Assembly: GCA_965655095.1 (NCBI GenBank)
Contig: OZ296659.1
Coordinates: 7,998,001 to 8,062,000 of the forward strand
DNA from: Haplodiscus bocki
Taxonomy: Eukaryota
Direction of reading: 5' to 3'
DNA length: 64,000 bases
Positions within the stretch are counted from its first letter, which is position 1. Every line of letters begins with the position of its first letter. Shown here piece after piece: positions 12,001 through 22,766 of the stretch. The position numbers and the translations under genes are program-made. The notes below the pieces were generated by a model. That model made no database searches, was not told the origin of the DNA, and saw nothing but the letters and a program-made list of their open reading frames with translations.

Positions 12001-14680
12001 GAATGAAAAATTTGCCCGAGTAGAGGCTCAGAACAATTCACAGAGCAAAAAATGTTTTCAGAGTTTTTCAGTGTGAGAGGAGTTAAGTTGATAGTTGTAT
12101 TTCAGAGTCTGAAAGAAGAACTCTCTCAAACGAAACACAGAGAAAGAATGAAGGGATACCGGGTCTCAAAAAAAATCAGAAAATCATAGTTTTTAGTCAT
12201 CTTCATCAAACATCTATAACGATTTTGAATGTCAGTGGTAAATTTTTTCAATTGCAGTATTGTTGCTTTGATCATATTTCATGCTAAAAATAATGAAAAA
12301 ATTTGATACAGAGGAAGGGTAGTTATGGGTGATAAGTAGTTTCAACAAACGTTTAGAGAGTAGTGTCATAGAACTGGATCATAAATGATGATGTTACCTG
12401 ATTAATATCCAGAGAAAAAATTCCAGTCGACACTTTTGTGTTATGCAGATAGGTTGATGGAAAAAAGACTCCTCTCATCTTTAGTTAATTTAAAATGTAT
12501 TTTGTCACTTAATATTGGTTGATAGTCGGAGCTGTCAATAGCGGTGATAGAGATGGTCGTTGATCATTCACAGCAGAACTGAAAATGTTTTCACAGGAAG
12601 AAAAACTTTTCTCATTTTTGCTCGATGCTTGTTTTAGTGGATCGAGCATCAACAAAATTTCAGTTTCTTCCAGAAACTGAAAGAGCAGAAGGTAATTTGT
12701 TTTTTTCAGTTGAATCCGAAGGTGAATGTAGGATTACGTCGGTACCAAAAAAGAAATCATTAGCTACGGGATTTATTGGTTCAATATAGTATAAAATTCT
12801 TCAAAAGTATTTGGCTCAGTGTTATAGACTTCGAAACACGTGAAATTGGTTTCAGTTCAATTTTACTACCGTGGCAACTGTTCCAAACTTTTCAGTTTCT
12901 GTTTTCAGATAGAACTCTTTGTTTTCAGAAGGTTGAAATTCTATTTAGAAAAAAAAGCAGATTTTAAAAATCAAAATCCAAGAGATACAATCTATGATGA
13001 ACAAAAAAGAGTACTTTTGATGACTCCAAAAGCTTTCTATGAGCAACTCTTTTCAATCTGGATGAGAAATTCTGTTCATATCAAATTCAATGAATTTTTT
13101 TCATCCTCCGGAGAAGAATGTGATGGAGGGAGGAGACAAAAATATTTTCTGGGTAGTGATTGTAGATCAAATTTGGTTCAAGTCCTTCTACTGGAGGCCT
13201 ATGATTGATCATGACGCAGAGAGCAATTTGATTGGTTAGCGAATGACGATGGAGAGTCGTATACAATCTCCACGTCTAGACGATCGTGTACTTCACGAAT
13301 TTTGTGGAAGGATTGAAACTTCGAAGATTTTCGTTTATAATGCAAAATTTCAGAATCAAATTTTGATCGATAGGGAAGATGATTATTATCATCTAAGTTT
13401 AATCATTTGAATACTCTTTATCAAATATAATTGATTTATCATCATTTTCATTACAGAATGGGTCAACACCAAAAACAATGTCATCAATTTCGGAGTTGTC
13501 CTATGAAGCAGATGAAGTTTTTTGAATCATGCCTCATTCATCAAACTCATGAAATACTTCAGGGTTTTGTACATTGTTTCACTGAAAGTGAAGATATAGC
13601 AAAACTTGTTTAGGATAATATGGAATCGATTGGTTTCCAGGTGTGTTAAATTTTTTCCCTCTTCTGTCAAAGGTTCATACGTGTTTTCTGTAATCTTGCT
13701 TATAATTTTGAAGCGACTAATATGAAGTGGTTTCAGTTCATCCGAAAAAAGAACAGCTCTAATTCTTCCATGTTAAACAAATGACTTCAGCGGTAACTGT
13801 ATATCAAAACTAGGTGTGTTTTGCATTGCATATGCCAGAGTTATTTTTTTTCATTGCGTTTTGATATACTTTCGAATAAATTTGCAGTATCGCAGTTCCA
13901 GTAGCGAAAAACCCAGTAGAAAGTGGTTTTAACACGATGCTTTGAAACGACGGACTTGAATCTGTTAATTGGTAATGAGAATGAGGAAGTAAATCAGAAC
14001 ATCATCGTGCAGTACCTTCAAAAAACAGTGTTCGAGGAAGATTTGATTGAAAATTCAGTGGCCTACGCAGTTTCGTATGAAAAAATGTTTCATTTGGTGA
14101 GACATGCAGAAGTGACAATGGTTGAGTTAGACGAGCGTAAGTGACGAAATGTACTTGAAAGGACTAGTTACCAGCAGTTTCATGTAGATACAATCGCAGA
14201 TGGTTTCCAAGATTTTTATTTTCTCTTCAGCTAGTCCTAATGTCCAAAAAGCTTCTGGCATTCTTGCAAAATGACCAATAAAAAACAAAGTTTAGCACTT
14301 TGCCGTTTGAAAAATGAAAAAATCAGTTGTTCCTCCATCTGTAAATAGATTTTGAGGACGACCAAAGTTTGAAATCCAGTTGCGAAAAAATGAGTTTACA
14401 GCGCAATGATACTTGCTTTTTGGAGTTGATACAGTTACAATTTAAGTGCCTAAATGATCAATGTTTACATAAATGTAATGATTACCTTCAGAAGCAGGGT
14501 TACTATGGTTTAAAAAGGTTGACAATTGCGAGAACGGTAAAATTGCTACTTTGTTTTGATTCACGTTTTTTGTATTTATCCTTTTGGCAATCAATGCATT
14601 CTTGAATGGAAAATGATTGACTTTTTTGCAAAAACGGAATGTATTACTTTCGATTACATATGAACCGTGCAGTATGCTGG
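9040..14680 (-). mobile_element. Gypsy-like copy B: integrase 3' part and accessory region, env deleted
   Basis: 13600-14680 aligns with the integrase at 49800-50900; 12720-13600 aligns with 48920-49800; 9060-12690 is reverse-homologous to the post-env region of copy A. Confidence 0.8.
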
Positions 14681-14714
14681 TTTGAATTTTGAATCAAATC
14701 TGATGTCTCAGAAT

Positions 14715-14720
14715 CATGAA
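14715..14720. repeat. Left 6-bp target-site duplication CATGAA
   Basis: catgaa immediately before AGTAGTG; identical to 33414-33419. Confidence 0.92.
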
Positions 14721-15084
14721 AGTAGTGTACAAAAACGCATATGACACCAGCCGCGTGCGCCGCACATACTAACAAAAAATTAAAAAAAATAAGAAAAATT
14801 GCATAGCAGAGTCCCTACACAGAGATATAATTATAGAATGGAACCCAAAAGAAAAAATAAATACTTATCAATGCGGTAGCACAGGTTATAAAAAAAGTAT
14901 GTGAAATTGTGAAATTGTGTTAAATTATACTGTATTAATGATGTGTAAGAATAATCTAAAAATTAACAAAAAGTAAACAAGTACCCTGTGTAGGATAACT
15001 CTGTAATGAATTTTTTATTTTTCTATTTTTTGTTAAAATGTGCGATCTCTTGCGACTGATGTCGTATGCGTTTTGTACACTACT
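14721..15084. repeat. Terminal ~364-bp unit with its own ~105-bp inverted arms
   Basis: Starts agtagtgtacaaaaacgcatatgacac and ends gtcgtatgcgttttgtacactact; a second AGTAGTG follows at 15086. Confidence 0.9.
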
Positions 15085-15269
15085 TAGTAGTGAAATTTAT
15101 AGAATCACATGAAAAGATTTTTAACCATTCAGCTACAACTGGAACACGCAAAACAGTTTTTCCGTGCAATTTATGTATCAATTAGATATATACATGAAGG
15201 AAAAGCTTTTTCAACTACATATATTTCCCCATCTACCTCAACATATAACAGATAAAACATTACAATGGA

Positions 15270-15415
15270 GAAAACACTGAAACTTACACTTGAAATTACA
15301 CTGAAAATTACACTGAAAAATACACTGAAAACTTCACAGGAAATTACACTAGAGTGTACACTACAGTGTAATATTTTGTGTAAATCACACTGGCAGTGTC
15401 GTTTTCAGTGTAATA
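15270..15415. repeat. 11-bp iteron-like repeats (TACACTGAAAA) leading into an imperfect palindrome
   Basis: About 7 direct acactgaaa-type units, then ttacactagagtgtacactacagtgtaa and inverted cagtgt units; mirrored at 32725-32875. Confidence 0.8.
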
Positions 15416-15439
15416 CGTTTTCACCATGTCAGCTTAATG

Positions 15440-16180
15440 TGTGACATATCAGTCGATAGGCCATTAAAAAATTAGCCTACCCTGAAATATTGAATCCAAT
15501 ACCTTTTAGCACCTTTGAGAAAATTGATTGTTAACACCTTGCTTAAACATGAAGAGATTATAATATTTTGAGCGACAACAAAGTGTGATACATCATTGGA
15601 TAGCCCAAAAAAAAGTTCGTTTACATTGAAAATTTCAACCCTGTATCTTTTGTAATCCTCGAGAAAACTGACAAAATCAGTATTGTTACCACCTTGCTTA
15701 AACATGTAGAGATTATAAAATTTTGAGCTACAACAAAGTGTGATATATCATTCGATAGGCCATTAAAAAATTAGTTTACCCTGAAAATTTCAACCCTGTA
15801 TCTTTTACAATTTTCAAGAAAACTGACAAAATCTGTATTGTCGACATACCTTAAACATGTAGAGGTTATAAAAGTTTGAGCTATAAAAAAGTGTGTTATA
15901 TCATTCAATAGCCCAATAAAAATTTAGTTTACGCTGAAAATTTCAACTCCGTATCTATTATAAACTTCGAGAAAGTTGACAAAACCAGTATTGTCGACAT
16001 ACCTTAAACATGTAGAGATTATAAAAGTTTGAGCTACAACAAAGTGTAATACATCATTCGATAGCCCGTCAAAAAACTAGTTTACCCTGAAATTTTCAAC
16101 TTTATTTTTATTTTAATTTTCGAGAAAGTTGACAAAGTCAGTATTGTCGACACACCTTAAACATGTGGAGATTATAAAAT
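15440..16180 (+). repeat. 153-bp tandem repeat in left TIR (~4.5 units)
   Basis: cttaaacatg anchor at 15542, 15697, 15850, 16003 and 16156. Confidence 0.95.
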
Positions 16181-16202
16181 TACATCGAATTAAAATTATA
16201 AA

Positions 16203-16711
16203 ACTATGTTAAATTATAAATGATTGATTTCTCTTTATTAGATAGATTATTATCATGATTTCTTGCATTTCTTTCTCCCGGTAAAATCTATTTTTCAGGC
16301 TCATCGTTATTTTTAATGTGCTAGTCTTTTCAGAAGTTTGTTTTTACTTTTACAAACATTTAATAGGATTAGTTTTCTATATACTTAGGGATCATACGAC
16401 CAAACTCTCGAAAAGGTGATCAACCAGATTCAACATTACTTTTAACAAAAGGTTTAAAACTATTTAAATAAAAAATATTTTCTCTATGAATATCCGTTTT
16501 TTAAAATGTCTTGTAGTTCATCAACCGGAATTGTAATAAACAATTTAGCAACATTACTCAAGACATCAACTAGTTTTTATATATTATAATCTTCAAATTC
16601 TTCAACCAATATTCTTTTAACACATCTTAAGTTTTCAGAATCAGTATCATTTGTTTCAACAGTAAAATCAGGTTTGTTCAAACAGTATAATACATCATAT
16701 ATCGTCTCCAT
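16203..16711 (-). pseudogene. Polinton hypothetical gene (METIYDVLYCLNKPDF...), disrupted
   Basis: ORF remnant 16577..16765; its tail (..LSNKEKSIIYNLT*) resembles the reading at 32000-32140. Confidence 0.4.
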
Positions 16712-16739
16712 TTTTAAAGTAAAAAAAATCGAATATTTA

Positions 16740-17275
16740 TGTGTCAAAAGCAATTTGGAAGCCAATTATAATCAAAATCCTCAAAATTTTCTTCAAAAAA
16801 ATTTCCTAAAAGTTTTCTTTAAACCATTGATTTTGGTTGGGCCAAAAACGTGAAAATGTCATATCTTTAAGATGGGATATAATTTTTAATACTTATTTCA
16901 TCAACTTCATCGTTTGTACTACTCATATCGAATGTATCTAGGAAATCAAGTGATGGCACTATTACTTCTATTGGTAATTCATTCAAGCTTGGCAGGAAAC
17001 AAATATGGTCTCTGAAGTGTAATTGTGCTCGGAACAGAAACCTTATCTATAAACATTTCACCTTTTCCACATAACACATACAGTAATGTTATCGAATTTC
17101 TTTTTATGATTATTATAGTGTGGTTGAATGATATCTTTTAATTTAAAAAATTCTTTGTTTTTACATTTTATTCATTCATAATCAGATTTGAAAGTTATTT
17201 TTGTTTCTTTGATTCTTCATGTTTATTTTTGTTTCGCTTTTTTATTTTGAATAGACAAATATTACATTCTCCCAT
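16740..17275 (-). pseudogene. Polinton zinc-finger-containing gene, disrupted
   Basis: TAAATG start on minus strand; MGECNICLFKIKKRNKNKHEESKK (CxxC...H..SKK). Confidence 0.45.
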
Positions 17276-17349
17276 TTATAAAATTATAATTTTTATAATT
17301 ATGTGAGTTTTTCAATTTCAAGTTATTTAATTCTACTAATTTTTATTCT

Positions 17350-17544
17350 TAAATCTTTATCTATATCTGTTACTGTAGCACCCATTGAATTTATCAGTTT
17401 TCTGAGAAATGGATTCTGAATCAAAGTATCATATCCTATCTTTGATTGAGAATTATAAAGTCATCTCTTATATCTATCTAACATATCATTTTTTTCAATT
17501 CGTACTTGCGGATCGTTTTTAATTACATTTATGAAATCATCCAT
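17350..17544 (-). pseudogene. Small Polinton hypothetical gene (MDDFINVIKNDPQVRIEK...)
   Basis: TAAATG start on minus strand; internal stop. Confidence 0.35.
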
Positions 17545-17605
17545 TTATCAAATGGAGAATATTGGGATCTTATATATATCATTTTAAATAATCTTATCTG
17601 AATAA

Positions 17606-17800
17606 ATGAATACTGAAAGTGGTATTTACGAAGTTATATATTGTGCTGACGTAAATGAATACAGGGTATATTGTGAAATTTGTGATGAACTTTGTATTGA
17701 AAGGTATTATAAAAATCATCTTGAATCATGAACTCACACAAATAATTTCTATAAAAGACAACAATTAAAATATTTCAAACAAACTTGTATAAATAAATGA
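17606..17800 (+). pseudogene. Small C2H2 (U1/matrin-like) zinc-finger protein
   Basis: MNTESGIYEVIYCADVNEYRVYCEICDELCIERYYKNHLES*TH. Confidence 0.55.
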
Positions 17801-18334
17801 AGCTTCATTGTGAGAATTGCGCTAAAGTTATGAATGAAGAATTTAGAAAAAATTATCTCGAATCCAACTACCATTGTTCTTTAGTTATTTCAATTATGGA
17901 GATATATTAAAGGCACACCATCACCTATCAAAATATATAATATTATAAAAAATTATCTCAAAATCCACTTTGAAAAAAATGAAAAATATAAAGTTATACT
18001 TTTGCTGAAGTTATTAACACCATCAAATCAAATTAAGTATATTAGAGTCCAACGTTCTAGTTATTATAAAATACGTTTGCCAAATACAATTTTCTTCTCC
18101 AGAAAACAACTTTATTCTCAAATTTTAGAATCAGGAATAACCTTTGCTAGTCTTTCAAAAAACGCGTCATTTGAATATTATCTCACTCAACTGAAATCAA
18201 TGCTCGATTGGAAGCTAATAGCAAAAATAGATAAAGATCCTAAAATTTTAACTATAATTGATTATCGCCTTTTTCGTTACTCCCATCCTTTAATTCGAGA
18301 ATATTTCGATACTTACATAGATCCGTTTTGTTGA
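17797..18334 (+). pseudogene. Polinton hypothetical protein with N-terminal zinc finger
   Basis: MKLHCENCAKVMNEEFRKNYLESNYH, continuing after disruption into ORF 18002..18334. Confidence 0.45.
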
Positions 18335-18339
18335 AAAAA

Positions 18340-18534
18340 ATGTATATAACAAATGTTACTGATTATGATAATACGACTGATGACTATAATGATAGTTTAT
18401 CAATAAATATCAATTGTACTCTGAGTGAAACTAAAATTGTTAAAAATTTACCCACATTATTAATAACAATAGCAAGCGGCTTATCATTTTTTTGTTTGAT
18501 GAGTTTGATGGTGTACACCTTAATTAGACTTTAA
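18340..18534 (+). CDS. Small single-pass membrane protein with 4 N-glycosylation sequons
   Basis: MYITNVTDYDNTTDDYNDSLSININCT... then LLITIASGLSFFCLMSLMVYTLI. Confidence 0.5.
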   Translation: MYITNVTDYDNTTDDYNDSLSININCTLSETKIVKNLPTLLITIASGLSFFCLMSLMVYTLIRL

Positions 18535-18549
18535 TTCAATGAGAAACAA

Positions 18550-19275
18550 AAGGAGACTTTTTCATACCTAAAAGACCCAGTTAGATGTATCATATCTGGT
18601 CCATCAAACGTTGGAAAGTCAGTATTCTTAACAAATTTAATTTTATTTTTTATTAACGAATACAGTAAAATATACATCTACTCACCAAGTCTTGATCAAA
18701 ATTTATATCAAAAATTAATAAAATGTTTTAGTAATTATATACCTATTCACATAATCCCAAATTTTCTCAATGAGGAAGATATTGATGTAGTTATTAAAGA
18801 GATAGTTAATAAAAAATACTTTGAAAAATCAGATACTGAAATAGAAAAATATGAATTAATAGAAGAATTAAAATATCCTCAAGATATTGAAGATGGTGGA
18901 ATAATTATACTGGATGATTTCAATGAGAAAGAAATGAATGATCTTCGTGTACGAGCAATGTTTAAGAGATCAAGACACAACAATTTATCTATATTCATTA
19001 TCAACCAAGATTACTATGAATCTCCAAAGAGAACTATCCGAGCTAATGGTAATATCTACCACATATTTCAACCAAACAACTTCACAGATGTTTAAAATCT
19101 CAATCAGGATAAAGCTTCAATGGACTTGACACTAGATGAATTCAAATACTTAACTAGCACTTGTTGGGATAAACAATATCAACCCCTTACTATTGATATG
19201 ACTAAGGATAAATATACAAGTCGTCATCGTTTGGGATTAAATAGTTTATTCGTTCCAAACAGCAATCCGTTTTGA
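18550..19275 (+). pseudogene. A32/FtsK-like DNA packaging ATPase
   Basis: Walker A GPSNVGKS (18598-18621), Walker B IIILDD, RSRHNNLSIFIINQ motif; start codon lost and one internal stop. Confidence 0.93.
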
Positions 19276-19284
19276 ATGGAATAA

Positions 19285-20124
19285 ATGGGTATTTATTCTA
19301 ATGTAACTGAACAAGATTTAATTCTTTTACGTAAAGTAGCTGAACAACAGAAGAATCAACGAGCTCTCAAAATTAAAAATAGATATTTAAAACAAACTCA
19401 TGATATCAAATTGGCAGAATCCCTCAGTCCTATAACTAGAAAATTATCAGAAGCTAATGAGACTGCTAAAAACTTAGGTTTTTTAATTGAAAAATCACAA
19501 CCTGAAAATAATATACCTCAACCAGCCATTGAACACACTCCACCCCGTCAACCAATAGAAAACAGTGAGGGTGTGATACCTGATGTAGAATTAGAAAATA
19601 CATTAATGAATATAAAAAAACAGAAAAGTTTTTTTAATATAGAAGAAGGAGGTAATGGTGATATTATTTGGGATGGACTTCCAGTTGAAAAAAACAGTTG
19701 GTAATAAACTTAAAATTATTGAGAAGATTTATATTATAAGTGATGATCTTCAAAAGGTTTTTTAATAATACATCTAACACACCCCTGAAAAACTTAAATG
19801 ATAAAGATAGAGAAATAAAAAAACAATATAGAAAGTCTTGAGTTTAAGAACTTTAAAGCAATACGTGGTGAAACTAAATCCGCTAGATATAATAATTGTT
19901 CTAAAAGCAACTTTAAAGATCTTGTGAATAAATCTAATTCGGAAGGCCCTTCAAACATAATGGATATCTATACTAGACTTGAAAGCCTACTTGGCTTAAG
20001 ATTATCAGGCCATACCAATACTCTAACAGAAGCATCAAACTTATTAGATGAATTATACAAGAGAGGAGAATTACAAAACAAACAGCAATTTAGAAATGCT
20101 CTTGATAAATTTTCTACCCAATAC
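19285..20124 (+). pseudogene. Polinton conserved hypothetical protein (coiled-coil N-terminus, helical C-terminus)
   Basis: LAESLSPITRKL near the N-terminus and PSNIMDIYTRLESLLGLRLSGHTNTLTEASNLLDELYKRGEL at the C-terminus, motifs recalled from Polinton structural-cluster genes; frameshifted. Confidence 0.6.
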
Positions 20125-20922
20125 TTGGAGCTTCCTAGTAATTTATTAGAACAAATAGCTTTCAATACAAGACCTATGATAGAAGAGCATATGTTAGTTG
20201 TTATGGATATATCTACTCATGAAGATCACTTATCTCACCCACTACAAACTATTAACAAACAATATAAATTAGTTGTCACTTTTCCAACTGGTTATAATGG
20301 TACTTTCAATGATACAGAAAAGAATATTAAATTTTATTTCGCAAACTCATTGAGTGATGAAGATGGTTTTATTCAAATACTAATTCCCAAAAGCGCTTAT
20401 GAATTAGAATCCTTATACAATGAAATCAGGATGATGATTATCGAAGAAGAGCATTACACTGACGCAAAATTTTCAATTACAATCAAACCAAATTTTTCAA
20501 CACTTGGATCTATTCTAGAAGTATCTACTCCAGGACCAGTAATTTCATTTGTACTCGATGACAGTATAAGAGACCTTTTAGGATTCAATGCAACCAAAAT
20601 AAAAAAAATAATATTATCTATCACCTAATTCCGGTAATATTCTATCATTTGATAATATTTTTCTCGAAAGTGATGTCGCTCAAGGAATGATTTATAGAGG
20701 AAAAGAAGTATAAAAATTCATAGTTTTACCAAGGATGCCAATCTTGGTTATAAGTATATCGAAAAATTCAGAGGTGGCATTCAATGGTATGTGATGGAAA
20801 AAGAAGATATTATTTCAAGTGTTTGTTTCAAATTAAAAAATGAAAATAATCAACTAGTATCATTTAACGGATACAGTATAACTTTTCGTTTATCAATCAA
20901 AGAATTGTATATTTCAACATAA
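20125..20922 (+). pseudogene. Minor capsid protein (penton, single jelly roll)
   Basis: IPKSAYELESL, IRDLLGF, IFLESDVAQG, KLKNENNQLVSFNGYSITFRLSIKE pattern typical of Polinton penton; lies directly before MCP. Confidence 0.8.
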
Positions 20923-21070
20923 TAAATGCCAAAGATAAAATCAAGATTACATTCTAATAAACACAAACCCAAAATGAACCAAGAACTGAATAATACTAAA
21001 TCAAATTTACTCCAAATTTTTAATCTTTCAAACAAAAATAACTATCAGGAGATGGTTCCACTGTGTATAA

Positions 21071-22362
21071 ATGAGCTTAGAAGATTTTTAATCATTAGAT
21101 AATGAACCGATTGATAATTCAATCATTAAAAGAGATTTTACAAAAGTATACCATAGGCAAGGTGATCAATTGAATCAATCAGATCAAAATATTGAATTTA
21201 TTTTCAGTGAGAAGAAGAATTATCATCAAATAGGGACTAGTTATTTAAAATTTATTATTACAGTACGGAAAAAAGATGGTACAAATTTCCATTATGATGA
21301 TCCAATTCGTTTAGTAAATAATGCTTTTGCATTTTGTTTTAAAGAAGCTCATTTAAGTACTACAATCGGTTCAGATATTGAAAATAATAAATTTGGTGGG
21401 CCAGTATCTACTATTATGAGAGTGATATCGAATAAAAATGGTGATTTTTTATCCCAAATTGATAATATTATTGAAAAAGATATCTCAATTATTGAATGAC
21501 TTGCCGACCTTCCACCTCAAATTGGAGATACGCCACAACATAAAATGTTAATAAACAATCATACTGATGCGAACAAAGGTGAAATTAAAAGATATTTATG
21601 TTTAGAATATACTTTTGAATTCGGCAAAGTTTTAAAAAGGTAACTAAAAGTTTAGGCTTTCGTCTTATGTTTAAAACAAATGACTCACAGAATATCATAT
21701 ATACATCTCTGGCTGATATTATAAATGTGAGTATTTAATAATTTGTAACTATAAGTACCGAATTTAATACCAACTATTGAAACTCAGTTAATGTTTAATG
21801 AAGCTACTCGAAGTATTTATAAGTTTTCTTTTGATGATTGATATACAGCAAAACAAGTAATGTCAGATAAGATTACTCAAGCGCATATTGGGAGTGCTCA
21901 ACAAGTCAATAGTCCTAAATAATTAAATGGCGCTCACCAAACACGTACTAGAGCGGACACTCGTGACAAGAATAATAATACTGCTTGATTTGATAATCTT
22001 GATCTTCAAAAAAATTTCGTTGAAATAGACGGTCAACTATACCCACGAGATAGTGTTATTATAAAATATGAACAAAATGAATAAAAAGAACAATATAAAT
22101 ATTTGAAAGCGTTTTTTAGAGAATATGTTGGTGAAGAATTAATGACACCATATGTATCTTACCCCGATATGAAAACAAATTACTCTATCAAAAAAATAGA
22201 TTTAGGACAACAACCTGATCATATAACACCTAAAACAATTCAACTGTTCCATGAATATGGTGCTGATCTTAAGAACGCTAAGTTTTTTTAATATTACTCA
22301 GACAAAGAGAAATAGAACTTGTAAGCGATGGAATTAAACTAATTGAAGTTAGGGTTATATAA
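21071..22362 (+). pseudogene. Major capsid protein (hexon-like double jelly roll)
   Basis: DNSIIKRDF..VYH...LNQ..NIEF..SYLKF...IRLVNNAFAFCFKE....DIENNKFGGPVSTIM; ~430 codons with stops. Confidence 0.82.
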
Positions 22363-22365
22363 TAA

Positions 22366-22747
22366 TTGAAAATATTAAATTTTAAAGATTTTCGAAAAAA
22401 AATATAATTTGAAAGATGATACTATGAACGAGTTATAACTGCAAAAACATTATAAATATCCTATATACTCCCGAGTGTCAAAACTGTATTCAAACAAAGG
22501 ATTTGTAAATATTGACGATGGATCTCAACAAGGCTCTCACTGGACAACTTCTTACGTTAAGAATAATAAATCATATTACTTCGATAGTTTTGGTGGTCAG
22601 GCAGATAAGTTTCTACTCAAACAAATACCTAAACCAAAAATCTATCATAAATATAAACTTCAAGATATAAATTCTAAGTTATGTGGCTCATTCTGCTCAT
22701 ACTTTTTTTTAATTGAAAGAATGAATTATTACGATGCTGTTTTATAA
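22366..22747 (+). pseudogene. Adenain-like cysteine maturation protease
   Basis: VNID....GSHW, YYFDSFG, LQDINSKLCGSFC catalytic motifs. Confidence 0.93.
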
Positions 22748-22766
22748 ATGTATTTTGATTAATTAA

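Larger units (their letters stand above)
14721..16160 (+). repeat. Left TIR (~1.44 kb)
   Basis: Reverse complement of 32146-33413, with one extra 153-bp unit. Confidence 0.93.

Noticed and set aside
15440-16180. CRISPR-like array
   Set aside because: Contiguous 153-bp tandem units with no unique spacers and no cas genes; eukaryotic TE context
19924-20628. Apparent 234-aa fusion of the helical protein with penton
   Set aside because: The junction TACTTG at 20122 is best read as a mutated TAA-ATG; a decay artefact, not a real fusion
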